From NCBI GenBank assembly GCA_965224575.1, contig CBDCZQ010000001.1, forward strand, positions 94,798 to 158,797: a stretch of DNA of 64,000 nucleotides, read 5' to 3'. The position numbers and the translations under genes were made by a program. Shown in pieces: positions 45,828-55,287 of the stretch; the first letter of the stretch is position 1; every line of letters starts with the position of its first letter. The stretch is from Methylococcales bacterium (GTDB taxonomy: Bacteria > Pseudomonadota > Gammaproteobacteria > Methylococcales > Methylomonadaceae). The notes beneath the pieces are model-generated. The model was given only the letters and a program-made list of their open reading frames with translations. It searched no databases and was not told the origin of the DNA.

Positions 45828-47678
45828 ATGAAAAATAAAATAGTAGCCTCACTAATTATTGCTTCAACAATGCCAGGGGCATTTGCAGATTCCAATTATG
45901 GTGATATGCAATCAATGGTGAATTTTCTTACAGCTAATGTTGATAAAGGTTCAGGTGTCTCATATGTCGCAACAGCTGGAGCTTTAAAAGGGAAGATTTT
46001 ACCTTTAAGTTATTATAATACGGCAAGCTATTGGGGAGAATATGTGTGTCATATTGGTGGTAATAAGTGTGATGTAATTGATCAATATAACGCAGAAAAC
46101 CATACTTTAACGCCAGTGGAAAATTCCCTGAGTGGTGATTTGCAGATAGAGCGTGTCAATATAAATTCAGGTTCAGATGTTTATGATGCAGCTACTTGGC
46201 AGTTGGCTTTAAGTGTTGCCGCTACACATGGGTTAACAGGCCCCAATAATAAATCATTGTTTGATATTGCTAACAACCAAAATCAATTGCTACAGTTAGG
46301 TTATGATGGTGATGCAGTTAATGCACCTATCGCCGGAGCAAATAGAGCGGTAACGACAGATGAAGGTGTTTTTAAGTATAACGGGCAGTCAATAGCTAAG
46401 CCTGAAAATGCTTTTTATTTTCGAATGATAGCGCGAGATTGGCTATCAAACGACCCTTTTATCAATACGGATTATGCCAAATATATAACAGCCAACAATT
46501 TACCTGCTGACAATCCACTTTATCAAAAAGGTAAAGTAACATGGGCAGATTGGAAGCCAATTACAGGTGAGAATGCCTGGGCTTTTTTAATAGGGCCATT
46601 GCAATCGGCTCATCTACAAAACAGTCAAGGTGGTGGAAAAGACGAGGAGGGTGTTGTGCCATTTGACTCAGTACCCATCCAAAATGCGATTAATGTTTTG
46701 TATGCCTTTAGTCGTATGCAATCTGAAATTGGTGCGGTTTATTATGCAACAGAAGGCTCATTATCGAACGCCGGAACTCAGCCTGTTGATCCATATGATG
46801 TTTCAACTGAAAATAATGCCTCCCTACTTGCTGGTTTATTGATATTGAAGAAAATTCTTACGCAACAGGAGAACCCTCAAACACTGCCTTACTTGAAAGT
46901 GATTGAAGTGATGATTAATGGTGGGGTAATGCCTAACCGAAAGACCACAGAAGGCTTACTCAATTTTTTTAAAAAATATGCCTGGGATGCCAAAACCGAT
47001 AATTTTTATCAGGGTGGTTTAGCTAATAAACCGAATAAAGCAGCATGGATCCCAACAATTGAACCAAGGCCGGTTGATGTTAATACCTGGGCTGTCGCAG
47101 TTTTAGGTCAGCCTTTAATTGATAGCTGGTATGGTTATGGTACTGCTTATAAAATTTGGTATAAAATGAAAGTTTGGGGTGGCTACTATGATAATAGTGG
47201 AGACCTTTGGGGCGTAGGATATTCAAATCAGGATGGCAATGCTGTAAGAAGGAGAAAGGGAAAAGGTATCATGTCGGCAGAATGGACTGCCGGAGCAATT
47301 AACATGCTAAAGAGTTTGATAGCACAATATACCTTACTAGAGTCCATTCACCCCTATGTAAAAAAATATGTAGCGAGTCTGAAAGTGGATTTGCAAAGTA
47401 TGGAAACTCACATAAGCGTATTAAGAGTTATTAACTACAGTAAGATCAGTATGTTCAATTCTGTTCGTCCGGAAAACTATGATAGTTTGGTGAGCCTGGC
47501 AAAAAACCAGCAAGCCTACTTATATGCAAGCAAGCGTTACTTTATTCCATTCGGTTGGTACGCAAACCCATTACCCAGTAACGCATCAACTTCATGGGCA
47601 TTATTAATGAACTATAACTATAATCCTTTTACTTTAGGTGGGGGACGTATGCCAAATTTTATGCCAAAAACTAAATAG
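45828..47678 (+). CDS. Secreted protein of unknown function (616 aa)
   Basis: Signal peptide MKNKIVASLIIASTMPGAFA. Long uninterrupted ORF. No catalytic motif was recognised; any resemblance to (alpha/alpha)6 glycoside-hydrolase-like proteins is only a weak impression. Confidence 0.6.
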   Translation: MKNKIVASLIIASTMPGAFADSNYGDMQSMVNFLTANVDKGSGVSYVATAGALKGKILPLSYYNTASYWGEYVCHIGGNKCDVIDQYNAENHTLTPVENSLSGDLQIERVNINSGSDVYDAATWQLALSVAATHGLTGPNNKSLFDIANNQNQLLQLGYDGDAVNAPIAGANRAVTTDEGVFKYNGQSIAKPENAFYFRMIARDWLSNDPFINTDYAKYITANNLPADNPLYQKGKVTWADWKPITGENAWAFLIGPLQSAHLQNSQGGGKDEEGVVPFDSVPIQNAINVLYAFSRMQSEIGAVYYATEGSLSNAGTQPVDPYDVSTENNASLLAGLLILKKILTQQENPQTLPYLKVIEVMINGGVMPNRKTTEGLLNFFKKYAWDAKTDNFYQGGLANKPNKAAWIPTIEPRPVDVNTWAVAVLGQPLIDSWYGYGTAYKIWYKMKVWGGYYDNSGDLWGVGYSNQDGNAVRRRKGKGIMSAEWTAGAINMLKSLIAQYTLLESIHPYVKKYVASLKVDLQSMETHISVLRVINYSKISMFNSVRPENYDSLVSLAKNQQAYLYASKRYFIPFGWYANPLPSNASTSWALLMNYNYNPFTLGGGRMPNFMPKTK

Positions 47679-47720
47679 TTTTATACACCCGCTAGAGTTA
47701 CAGTACAGGAAGGGTGAGAT

Positions 47721-47838
47721 AAAAGTGAAGTAAATAAAATATAAGTTGGGCTGCCGTCTTCTTGGCACCCCAGCTTTTGCTAAAGATGTTGGGTTAACGA
47801 TAAAGCTGTTAGCCCAACCTACTCATTCTTTACTCACA
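47721..47838. repeat. BIME-like composite repeat (shorter copy)
   Basis: AAAAGTGAAGTAAA ... GTTGGGCTGCCGTCTTCTTGGCACCCCAGC ... GTTGGGTTAACGATAAAGCTGTTAGCCCAACCTAC ... TCTTTACTCAC. Confidence 0.75.
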
Positions 47839-47884
47839 CCCGTAGAAGAAGCTTTGGTAGAAACAAGATGAGATGAGCTACAAT

Positions 47885-47954
47885 CATAGCCCATAGCCCA
47901 TAGCCCATAGCCCATAGCCCATAGCCCATAGCCCATAGCCCATAGCCCATAGCC
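47885..47954. repeat. Heptanucleotide microsatellite (CATAGCC)10
   Basis: Ten perfect tandem CATAGCC units, intergenic. Confidence 0.95.
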
Positions 47955-48240
47955 ATAATCATAAAGTAGTCAATTACAATCGTTCTTTTGCTCTGGGCAT
48001 CATACTCAACATAGTGTTTGTTGTTATCGAAGCCAGTTATGGAATAATTGTAGAAAATCTCTCATGATAATGAGTGAAGACAGCCAGTTTAAAAAGAAAG
48101 CAGAATGTAAAAGGTATGACAACGGATATAATGATACCAGTTCAAGAACTTATTCTACTTCTTCGAGAAACAATAGTACTCCTAACTGTTAGGAGTGAGG
48201 GTTTAATGGCAAAGCATAACAACTAAAAAGGGCAATTTAT

Positions 48241-48495
48241 ATGAGTAATTTTATTATCTATTCAATCGTAGCATCCATCTTGCTAACGGCTGTTCTAAAC
48301 ATTTTGCCACTTCTATTTCCAAATGTTGCTGCAAAAGTACAGAAAAAAATCGAAGAAAATGCAAGGAAGGCAATAGAACAGCACGAAGATGATGCTCGTC
48401 CCCGTGTTGCAGTATTTTTTCCCTGGAAAGCAATGGTTATTGGCTCTATCGTACTCACTGTATTAGTCAATATTATAGGATCGCTTGCTCGTTAA
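48241..48495 (+). CDS. Small two-TM membrane protein (84 aa), hypothetical
   Basis: Two hydrophobic segments (FIIYSIVASILLTAVLNILPLLF and AMVIGSIVLTVLVNIIGSL) flank a charged loop. There is no similarity evidence. Confidence 0.4.
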   Translation: MSNFIIYSIVASILLTAVLNILPLLFPNVAAKVQKKIEENARKAIEQHEDDARPRVAVFFPWKAMVIGSIVLTVLVNIIGSLAR

Positions 48496-48625
48496 TAATC
48501 ATAGGAAAATACCTTGTTTAAACCTTTGGGAAAGTTGAAGATAAGTCATTTAAAAAAAATCTTAAGATGAAGTTATTTCTTGCATGTTCCTAAGTACGAT
48601 CAAAAATTAAATTAATAGAAACTCC

Positions 48626-48814
48626 ATGAAATATACACAATTGACAGTTATTATTCTAACTCTTGTATACTAAGCCACAGCTTTTGCAGAAATTAGCACA
48701 GATAGCACAGTAGGACCAGCTCATACCCTTGGTGCAAATAATAGTCGATTTACCATTGGCCAAAATCTTGGAAGTTTAAGTGGTATGAAATCCACTATGA
48801 AAATAGTTTTTTAG
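48626..48814 (+). pseudogene. Remnant of the 5' end of a two-partner-secretion (filamentous haemagglutinin-type) exoprotein gene
   Basis: MKYTQLTVIILTLVY*ATAFAEISTDSTVGPAHTLGANNSRFTIGQNLGSLSG... resembles the start of a TPS domain (I.TDGSLG...L.G....I....G...G). It has an in-frame stop in the leader and terminates after ~46 further codons. Confidence 0.4.
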
Positions 48815-49264
48815 ATATTGGCCTGATTTGACATTCCATACCTGTTTTTACATCATTTTTTGAGGCTGGAATATATATTCTATTGCAGAACGCCACAAGA
48901 GCTCAAATGAGTACAGGTATAGCACCATAGTCTCCAGTGTTCCAGTATGGGCAACGAGCAATAACCATGGTTGCTTAACAGTCTGTACAGATCAATGGGT
49001 CGTTGTCTGACTGTACCCAAAAATTTTTGGGGTCAAATTTAAGACAATACTGTAATCCCCTAATCAGTAAGTTTTTTAGCTATTCACGCTAGAAACTCCC
49101 TTGGCTTTTATACATTTCTTCTCTATACATGACAAAAAAGTTGATATATCCATTCAATCAATCCTATTCAATCGACTTTAAAGCAGTTTCACTATAGAGC
49201 GTTAAATAAATAGTAAAAAGGCATTCTGTAAAAATGGCAAAGGGAGTATTAGGTATGCCTATGA

Positions 49265-51673
49265 TTAGTTTGCCAATAAATTAATGCGTGCCATTAGTAC
49301 CGAAAGATCTGACCCGTCGGTGGTTTTTATACTAAAGTCAGCATTATTGTAACCATTTGAAAAAGTGCCGCTAACGGGGAAAGTTACGGTTCTGGTTTGT
49401 CCTCCTCCTTGAGTTGTGAGGACATTGCTGCTTCCATTAGTATGAACAAGCTGTAGCCCCATGATCCGATCATCTTTAAAGCTTATCTTGACATCAATTT
49501 TGCACCCGTTTGAACAGCGTTCCTGCATGAGCTGGTCATTAATATCGAATAACATTTCATTGGATTTTCGGGCGTAAAGCTCATAGTGCTGATTAATGTT
49601 TCTATCCGAAATTAGATTTCCAGCTCCCCAGTTCTCTTCGTCGACAGGCATGTCTTTTCGCATCGACTCATCTGCTATAGTAGGGCTTACCACCGAAAGC
49701 CAGCGACCAAACTCATTTATGGTGACATAGCCGCGATCATTGCCCTCAATTAAACACTGTTCTGAGGTATTACCACTTTTATACTCTGGGGGAAATAGCC
49801 CGAACGACGGATTCAGCGTTTTGTCACCTAAAATAACAAAAGCATCGGGTGTATCAGAACGGGTTCGTCCCAGTGTTTTTGAAAGGTAGGTGATGAAATC
49901 ACCTGAATGGAACTTAGTCTTTAGTCTCTCTGGGTGAGCAGAGTCAGGCGTGTATTGATGTTCAAATTGGTTATTGATGCTTTTCAGGTAATCAAGGCCT
50001 TCTGACCTTATCGATATATAGTTTCTACGTAACTGTAGTGCCCGCATTGAACTCATGTAAAAACGATATGCCTGATTGCTTAGCGGGCCTCCATAATCTA
50101 AAACCCAGTCCTCTGGACCATAAAATTCATTTTCATCACCCCAGTATTTATTTTGAATGGAATCGGCAAAGTCTTCATCGAACGTCATAGAGCAACTTTT
50201 ATCGATATTGTTTCCCGTCACTAAATTAACGCCATAAGTGTTTCCGGTATACCTCATCCAGTCTTCAATTTCTCCCTCTCTGTTTCCTATACCCTTGGCT
50301 TTCGCATAATTAATAATGGAAGGCAGTCTTGCATCAAAAGCAGATGGGCCAAACACGCCAGAGTAGCTGATGAACGCTAGTTTATTCTTGTGAACACCAA
50401 ATGCATCCACATACATATTGATAATGTCCTTAACGGTATCCTCAAAATTATCGGGTGTTAAACCATTATTTATACTTGCAGTGTCTTCACCAAGAGTCGA
50501 ATTTACCCAGAATTCACCCCATCCATCACGACCTCCACCATAGACCAGATTACCGAAGTCATCACTTTCTGGGCATTCACTGTTATTGTTGCCCTGATAA
50601 TACTCGCCATCAGCTATACCAAGATGGACGCCGATAATTTTATTGTTTCCTGCATATTCATTTGCAAAGGCATTAATAAACCCTTTCAACTGCATAACAT
50701 ACTCAGGTTTCCAGAACTGTAGGCTTTTATTCTCCAAGTAAGGTATAGAAGCCCATTCTGGAGCATGACACTGAGAATTCACCTCTAACCTGACTAACAC
50801 TTTATTATTGGTGGCATCCAGTCTTTGTTGAAAATCGTCCCAATCAAAGTGACCTTGAACACCTTCGCTCAAGCGCCAGACAACCTCCATAAAGTTGGTG
50901 CTTACTTCGGGGTCATCATTCCAGTTTCCACCTGTCATGCCTCCTTTGCTGGATTGGGTTGTGTATAGAGGTAATGACCAATCCATACCTTCGCTCAGCA
51001 AAGATATGCTGGCACCCAAAGCAATAGAGTGATTATTTGATTCGGTTAAAGCAGCGATCCAAAACCCATCCCAGGGATTTAGTTGATTATTCGTGCCTTT
51101 TTCAACATAGCTATTTCCATCATAAGTCCATACTTTGTTATGGAGAAGATTATTCTCTTTGGCCTTGTCAATGTTGCAGTTACCGTCATTGCAGGGGAGA
51201 GCAGTGGTGGTCAATCGAAGATCACCGAGATTCAAAGGGGATGAAAAAGGGTTTCCTGCTAGGTTCCATTGGTTAGATCCATCTTTTGATGGGGCTAGTG
51301 GAATTGATTCACTAGAGGCTATGGTACTGCCTTGTGGCATTTTCAGGGTGATCGATTTTCCTTCCTCAATAAGTTGGATAATCCAGTAGCCACTCCCTTT
51401 TTCCAATGTATCCGATAATGATACAGGCTCACCGTATTCATTGGAGTGGGGGTTATAGGCATAAATAGTCCAGTTTTGACCATAGGTACCACCTACACCT
51501 ATATTATCACCGATAATCTTTTCTAGTGTATTGGCTGATTCTGGAGGGGTGGCGGGTAATGAGATCATCCTCCATTTGTTATAAGGTAGTTCGAGCGTGG
51601 GGATAGTAGTTGCCAAAGAGCTAGTTGAAGCAATGAATAGCAAGCATGTAATAAAATATTTAATCGAAGCCAT
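49265..51673 (-). CDS. Secreted protein of unknown function (802 aa)
   Basis: Signal peptide MASIKYFITCLLFIASTSSLATT. Long ORF. The central part (FWKPEYVMQLKGFINAFANEYAGNNKIIGVHLGIADGEYY) is vaguely TIM-barrel glycoside-hydrolase-like, but this is unconfirmed. Confidence 0.6.
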   Translation of the reverse strand: MASIKYFITCLLFIASTSSLATTIPTLELPYNKWRMISLPATPPESANTLEKIIGDNIGVGGTYGQNWTIYAYNPHSNEYGEPVSLSDTLEKGSGYWIIQLIEEGKSITLKMPQGSTIASSESIPLAPSKDGSNQWNLAGNPFSSPLNLGDLRLTTTALPCNDGNCNIDKAKENNLLHNKVWTYDGNSYVEKGTNNQLNPWDGFWIAALTESNNHSIALGASISLLSEGMDWSLPLYTTQSSKGGMTGGNWNDDPEVSTNFMEVVWRLSEGVQGHFDWDDFQQRLDATNNKVLVRLEVNSQCHAPEWASIPYLENKSLQFWKPEYVMQLKGFINAFANEYAGNNKIIGVHLGIADGEYYQGNNNSECPESDDFGNLVYGGGRDGWGEFWVNSTLGEDTASINNGLTPDNFEDTVKDIINMYVDAFGVHKNKLAFISYSGVFGPSAFDARLPSIINYAKAKGIGNREGEIEDWMRYTGNTYGVNLVTGNNIDKSCSMTFDEDFADSIQNKYWGDENEFYGPEDWVLDYGGPLSNQAYRFYMSSMRALQLRRNYISIRSEGLDYLKSINNQFEHQYTPDSAHPERLKTKFHSGDFITYLSKTLGRTRSDTPDAFVILGDKTLNPSFGLFPPEYKSGNTSEQCLIEGNDRGYVTINEFGRWLSVVSPTIADESMRKDMPVDEENWGAGNLISDRNINQHYELYARKSNEMLFDINDQLMQERCSNGCKIDVKISFKDDRIMGLQLVHTNGSSNVLTTQGGGQTRTVTFPVSGTFSNGYNNADFSIKTTDGSDLSVLMARINLLAN

Positions 51674-52497
51674 TTTTTTCCTATTTATATATATCCCCAG
51701 TGTTCTGTGAATTTAGGTACAGACTCTGGTTGGTTAAACATGATGTTCCGTATTACTATTTTTTGAATGGTGCTATCAGGGCTTTATGGATCTAAATTTT
51801 AATGCCCTTTCCCAACTTAATGCAAGAATTTTATGAATAAAATGGATAAAAACCTAACTGGGAAATAGATATAGGGGGCGTGACAGGTGTTAAAAATACT
51901 TATTGATGCACTCTCAATTCAATAAAACTAGTGCTGAATGCGGATTCTGAGAGTGAAAGACAATAGATTCTCTATGCTGGGGTTCCATCAAGTTTTTGGA
52001 ACAGCATAATGATTTAATTTAGATTAGTAGATGGTGTCATAGCGGTTTAACCTCATTGTTTGTTGAATGAGCTTACAAAATTTACCCTGGTATGAGAACA
52101 ATAGAAAATGAGGTTACACTGTTTCTGCGATGAAGCAGTTTTTTGCTTTTTTCTCAGATATAGCGGCTTCACCCTACGGTTAAGGCTGTTTAGTAATATT
52201 AGAGTATTATTTATTTTAACCGTTCAAAAGCTACTCAGAGTCAAGTTAAAATGTACCCCGTCATCTTGTAAATTGTATTCGGTTTTATCGCGGGCATGAT
52301 TAAGATCATGGGCATAGTGAAAATCAGCTTTGATATATTAATCCAATATCTTTAGTAAAAGTAGTATTGGGTTGCAAAAAAAATGGCTGCCGAACCTGCA
52401 ATATTTTTTATGTACTTTATAATCGACCCCACGATTCTGTATATGGTTTTTTATTTAAAAGATTATTTTTGGTTTGTCTGAAGTAAAGCAGAAAAAC

Positions 52498-52536
52498 AAG
52501 GTGATATTTCACATAATTTATGTGAAATATCACCTT
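52498..52536. repeat. Perfect 39-nt palindrome (19-bp arms, 1-nt centre)
   Basis: AAGGTGATATTTCACATAA-T-TTATGTGAAATATCACCTT. It lies in the 1.1-kb AT-rich gap upstream of 52814 and the cytochrome cluster. Confidence 0.9.
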
Positions 52537-52813
52537 TACATGAAAACAAAAGTGAAGATAATTAAGCTCGTTCAAAAAAAATTAGTGACCTATTTTTAAG
52601 TGAGAGAGCTTTAAAAGGCATAATGAAATTATTTTGGCAAATTATAAATATTTTGTTCTTCTATTAAAATAGCGATGGATATTAAAGCCGTACTAAAAAA
52701 TTTTTAAGAGAAAATGTATTATGAGATTGAATAATGAAAAAACTTGATCATAAACAATTATTGAACATCAGCAACGTAAAATTAACTAAATTATTCGAGA
52801 GAGGAGTATAAAA

Positions 52814-53155
52814 ATGGTAGTGTGGACTGGGTTTGGTTTTTTAATAGCAATCATTGGTTTTGGTGCATTAGTTGGTACTGAAATTATTGTAGAAAATATT
52901 GCTGGAAATGAAAGTTTCTATCAAGATAACCCGTGGGTAATATTTTTTGGAATGGTTGTAGCTGCTGCTATAACGCATGCCTTAAATAAAACGATATTAT
53001 TGCCAAAATCTAAAGTAGTACTAGATAAAGAAACTAAGGAAGAGATTCTTTTGCGTAATGAACACTCTTTATTTTTCATTGCTGCTAAATGGTGGCCAGT
53101 CATTTTTATTGGTATTGGTGTGGTTTTTGCGATAAGGAGTTTTACAAACAGCTAA
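52814..53155 (+). CDS. Small membrane protein (113 aa, 3 TM), hypothetical
   Basis: Hydrophobic segments VVWTGFGFLIAIIGFGALVG, VIFFGMVVAAAITHAL and WWPVIFIGIGVVFAI. RBS GAGGAG 6 nt upstream. Confidence 0.45.
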   Translation: MVVWTGFGFLIAIIGFGALVGTEIIVENIAGNESFYQDNPWVIFFGMVVAAAITHALNKTILLPKSKVVLDKETKEEILLRNEHSLFFIAAKWWPVIFIGIGVVFAIRSFTNS

Positions 53156-53485
53156 TAATCGTATAAACAGAGAATCTGTAGGTAGAATAATTTAGCAGAA
53201 ATTATTGAGGAAGAATTAAAGATAAAGCGGACAAATAATCAAATTAAGACTTGGAATATTATAATATTATTAAATGTTATTTTATATGTAAGTGATTGTA
53301 TTTAAAAATAAAACCCTGTCTGTGTCTTAGGGTAAAAATTAAGTATTAATAATATATTAAAAAGTTCAATGAAAATATTATGTTTTGCGTTAGAATGCCA
53401 TTATATGAGAATCAGAAAAAATAATTAGAAGCTAAAAATATCGTAAAGCAAGACAAAATAAACTTAGTAAAAGAGGGTATTGTGT

Positions 53486-55270
53486 ATGATGTTAAATAGA
53501 CTGAATAAAAAATTTGTAACAGTTGTAGTCAGCTTTTTGTTGCTGACTATGTTTCAATCAAATACATTCGCTGATGAGGATGCAGTCGAGAAGGATGAGG
53601 CTGCTGAAGGTCATTTGGGGTTGTTTGTAGGGAATCGATTTCCTTCTGCAAATGAATGTAAATCCTGTCATCCAAAACACTATAAAGAGTGGTCAGTTTC
53701 TCAGCATGCTTATGCTCAATTGAGTCCCGTCTATATGGCAATGCAGAAGACCATTAATGCTGTAACAAGCAGTACCAATGGTGATTTCTGTATTCGATGT
53801 CATACCCCTGTAGGTATGAATCTGGAAGAAACCCCTTTTATGGCTAATTTAGACCGACATCCTACTTCAAGAGAGGGCGTTACTTGCATAGTTTGTCATC
53901 GGATGAATTTGGAATATGGAAAAGTTTCAGGTCGAGTGGCTTTACTGGAAGGTGATTTACAAAAACCAGTTTTTGGACCTAAAGGAAATAAAAATTTACA
54001 ACAAGCACTTGATGATCATCCTTTTTCATTAAAAGAAGGTGAGTCTGGTCGAAAGGTTCATTTAAAAGCGGGTCATTTTCCACGTATTTCAGATTCTGGG
54101 TTCTGTGGTGTATGTCACGATGTTAACTTATTTAATGGTTTTCGTTTAGAAGAAGCCTTTGCAGAATACAAAAACTCACCCGCTGCAAAAGAAGGCATTA
54201 GTTGTCAAGACTGCCATATGGGTAAAATTCAAGGTAAGAAATCAGGTTATGAAGAAGGTCCTGCCGCTTATCTTGGTGATGATTCTTCCAAACCTACAGC
54301 GCCAAGAAAATTGACTAATCATTATTTCGCAGGCCCTGACCACAGTATTATTCACCCAGGTATTTTTCCACACAATGAGGAAGCTGTAGAAATTGCAACA
54401 CTAAAAGAGTGGTTATTGTTTGACTATAAAGCAGGCTGGGGTACAGATGAATTTGAAGATAGTGTCGAAGACGATGCTGAGTTTCCAGAAGTTTGGGACT
54501 CTGTCGATGCCCGGTATGAAGCTAGAGAAGTATTAGATCAGCAATTTGAATTGTTGGAATGGGCCAAGGAAAAACGTGTAGAGGTATTAAAAAATGGCTT
54601 TGCTCATGGTGATATTAAAGTAGTCGAGGCGACTGAAAAAGATGGTATTAAGATTGAAGTCGAAGTTAAAAATATTACCAATGGTCATAATGTTCCTACT
54701 GGCTTTGATGCTGAACGAGTGATTTGGTTACAAACAACAATCACCAACCAAGAAGGGAAAATAATTTTCAAATCTGGAGACCTTGATCCAAATGGGGATG
54801 TACGTGATGCTCATTCACTCTATGTACATAATGGTGAAATTCCATTAGATTCTCAGTTACTGAATTTACAGTCCAAATTTCTGACTCGTAATGTTCGTGG
54901 GGGGGAAAGAGAACAAGTTCTCCCCATCAATTTTTCATTAGATCCACTGCCTTTTGTCCGGCCATCAACACGTTCAACTATTTTGACTGGGCAACCCTTT
55001 GGAGCTAGAAAACATCGGATGACAATTCCGCCGTTAGCAACTCGAATTCATAATTACAAAGTAGATTCTGAATTATTGACGGGTGCTGGTGAATATACTC
55101 TAAAGATTGCAATGAAGGTTGGAATGGTTCCTATCAACTTAATTGATGCTATAAAAGGTGTTGGTTTTGATTATGGGATGTCGACCAGAGAAATCGCTGA
55201 TGGAATTCGTGATGGACACACAACTGTATGGGAAACTGAAACTAAAATCCAAGTTCAATCTGCCAAGTAA
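53486..55270 (+). CDS. Periplasmic pentaheme c-type cytochrome with a ~300-aa heme-free C-terminal domain
   Basis: Signal peptide ...SNTFADE. Five CxxCH motifs: CKSCH, CIRCH, CIVCH, CGVCH, CQDCH. The C-terminal part contains VKNITNGHNVPTGFDAERVIWLQTTITNQEGK. The ORF track starts at TTG 53480; ATG 53486 has the better RBS spacing. Confidence 0.85.
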   Translation: MMLNRLNKKFVTVVVSFLLLTMFQSNTFADEDAVEKDEAAEGHLGLFVGNRFPSANECKSCHPKHYKEWSVSQHAYAQLSPVYMAMQKTINAVTSSTNGDFCIRCHTPVGMNLEETPFMANLDRHPTSREGVTCIVCHRMNLEYGKVSGRVALLEGDLQKPVFGPKGNKNLQQALDDHPFSLKEGESGRKVHLKAGHFPRISDSGFCGVCHDVNLFNGFRLEEAFAEYKNSPAAKEGISCQDCHMGKIQGKKSGYEEGPAAYLGDDSSKPTAPRKLTNHYFAGPDHSIIHPGIFPHNEEAVEIATLKEWLLFDYKAGWGTDEFEDSVEDDAEFPEVWDSVDARYEAREVLDQQFELLEWAKEKRVEVLKNGFAHGDIKVVEATEKDGIKIEVEVKNITNGHNVPTGFDAERVIWLQTTITNQEGKIIFKSGDLDPNGDVRDAHSLYVHNGEIPLDSQLLNLQSKFLTRNVRGGEREQVLPINFSLDPLPFVRPSTRSTILTGQPFGARKHRMTIPPLATRIHNYKVDSELLTGAGEYTLKIAMKVGMVPINLIDAIKGVGFDYGMSTREIADGIRDGHTTVWETETKIQVQSAK

Positions 55271-55287
55271 CTAAACAGGAATGTCTA

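Noticed and set aside
47885-47954. Possible CRISPR array, either the tandem CATAGCC repeats or the dispersed GTAGGTTGGGC repeats.
   Set aside because: The heptamer units are contiguous with no spacers. The hairpin repeats are kilobases apart and irregular. No cas genes are present in the window.
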